Origin: Narcine bancroftii
Taxonomy: Eukaryota
DNA: 64,000 nt
NCBI RefSeq assembly: GCF_036971445.1
Contig: NC_091473.1
Coordinates: forward strand, 90,272,001-90,336,000
Direction of reading: 5' to 3'
Part shown: positions 62,365-64,000 of the stretch, piece by piece
Position numbering within the stretch: position 1 is the first letter of the stretch
Layout: every line of letters begins with the position of its first letter
Made by a program: the position numbers and the translations under genes
The notes under the pieces: model-generated
The model's database searches: none
What the model saw: only the letters and a program-made list of their open reading frames with translations
What the model was told of the DNA's origin: nothing

Positions 62365-62810
62365 GCAGAGCAACAGGCCCTTCAGCTCAACATGTGACTA
62401 GGATCCCCATCTCAGCTAGTCCCTCCCATTTCCCTGCATTTGACTCATATCCCTCTGAACCTTTCCTATCAAATTTCCAGTTCATATACCTTTTAAATGT
62501 TGTCGTTGTACCTGCCTCTACTACTTCCTCTGGCAGCTCTTTCCTTATCCTTTCACCCTCTGTGTGAAAAATTGTACATCACCATTTTTGAATCACAACC
62601 CACCATACTCACCTCAAATCCTCTAATTTTGACTTTTCTACTTGGGAAAACACTGTGACTATCTATACCGCTTGATGACTTGTATACCTTGATAAGGTTG
62701 TCCAATAGCTTCCTATGCTCCAAGGAAATAAGTCCCATCATCTCTTTATAACTCAATCTCTCCAGTCCGATAATAGCCTAATGAATAATTTTGCACCCTT
62801 TTCAGTGGGA
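62365..62810 (-). mobile_element. CR1 3' fragment
   Basis: SYKEMMGLISLEHRKLLDNLIKVYK; tail CAACAGGCCCTTCAGCTCAAC. Confidence 0.7.
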
Positions 62811-64000
62811 TCTTAACAAATGTGGAACATATCTCTTAAGAATGAAGGTTTAAAAAAAAGGAAGGAAAATATTGTGAACTAAATTTATAAATGATTACTT
62901 CATACCAACATCCAGAATGGTATTTTCGCTGTTTTGAGGCCCTGGTTATTAGTATCTAAATTGACGTTACTATTTTACGGCTTTAAAAATATTTTTCTAT
63001 GCCTCACCTCCAAAGTGAAAGCTTTTCTTTATCTTTGCACATTGATAAATACACGTCTAAAATAAATATGTGGTGTTCTAATAGATTAAAATTCAGTCCT
63101 TGTAAAGAGCTCAGCTGGCCCTTTATTTTTTCCCCCATTCACTGTTTTGTGCATAATATAAATCTTCTATTTGTGTTCCATGGGGGCTTTGGGTGTTCTG
63201 TCATCCTCCCTCCTAACCTTGTCGGTGTCAACTGGGTACAAAAGACTCCAATGCTCTGGGCCTTGTGAGGCTGATTACTGTGAGTGACAAACTGGAGCAG
63301 TGAGTCCACTCAGCCTTCATAATAAATCTATCAAAAGGAAATAGAATTCCATCAATCCAGCACCGTCCCCCAGGGTCACTGTGCAGGGATGAAGAGCGAG
63401 CTCCGTTGGGATTGTACAACTGTTATTATTCAATTACGATCTTTCCTTCTTGTTAAAGACCATGATATCATTATCACTTAATGAATACATATAATTGGAT
63501 CTGGACTATCCGTTCAGCTGATGAATGCCATTCACTATTCATTCAGGCTCAGCTCATCTTCAAGTCATTTATTATACACATTTAGTGGAAATCATGATAA
63601 TGGCGGGGGAATTCTGAATTAGCCTTGCATTCATTCAATGCTCAGTTAAACACAGAGGCTAATAGAAGCTCCAAAAAAAGTTGGTGCTGCTAAAAAGCAG
63701 ACTGCTGACCTCTTCCAGTAGGCAAGTTTTATCTGACAATTGTCACCCAAAAGTAAACCGGTACCTCCTGTTCTCATTGTTGTTAGTAAATGCACCATCC
63801 TGCCTTGTGATCATTGGTGAACAGATCGCCTCATTAATCCTATTTAGGATCCACTTTTGGGTACAGAGAGAGGGACCCAGTCCAGCTGCTACCTTTAGTT
63901 TTCCTGTGAGCAGAAGGAAACACATACTACCACCCCAAGCCATTTCATATATCACTTCAAATTAAATTTACATCAAACGCTACTCCATCAGAGATACAGA

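Overview
This is eukaryotic DNA, AT-rich and CpG-poor. The repeat content (abundant CR1 LINEs, V-domain tRNA SINEs with CR1-like tails, Rex1/Babar, Penelope relics, young RTE-BovB) points to a cartilaginous fish (shark or ray); that assignment is an inference. No host protein-coding gene, rRNA, tRNA gene or CRISPR array is supported. By eye, well over half the window is nested transposable-element debris. It contains two Gypsy LTR retrotransposons (one with the unusual Gmr1-type IN-RT-RH order), two solo LTRs with TSDs, L1 fragments with clean TSDs, four young RTE-BovB copies, many CR1 and Rex1 fragments, a near-complete decayed hAT/Charlie transposon, several TcMar and hAT MITEs, and Penelope remnants with decayed hammerhead-like cores. 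TE-free blocks (notably about 30.9-36.8 kb and 62.9-64 kb) look like possible constrained non-coding sequence. The most unusual structures are a head-to-head BovB doublet patched with 37 bp of CR1 DNA via microhomology, a Gypsy element with no tRNA PBS and a YLDN RT motif, and a MITE-internal hairpin ending in splice donors on both strands. I found no evidence of a wholly new multi-gene system. Coordinates of degraded elements are approximate.
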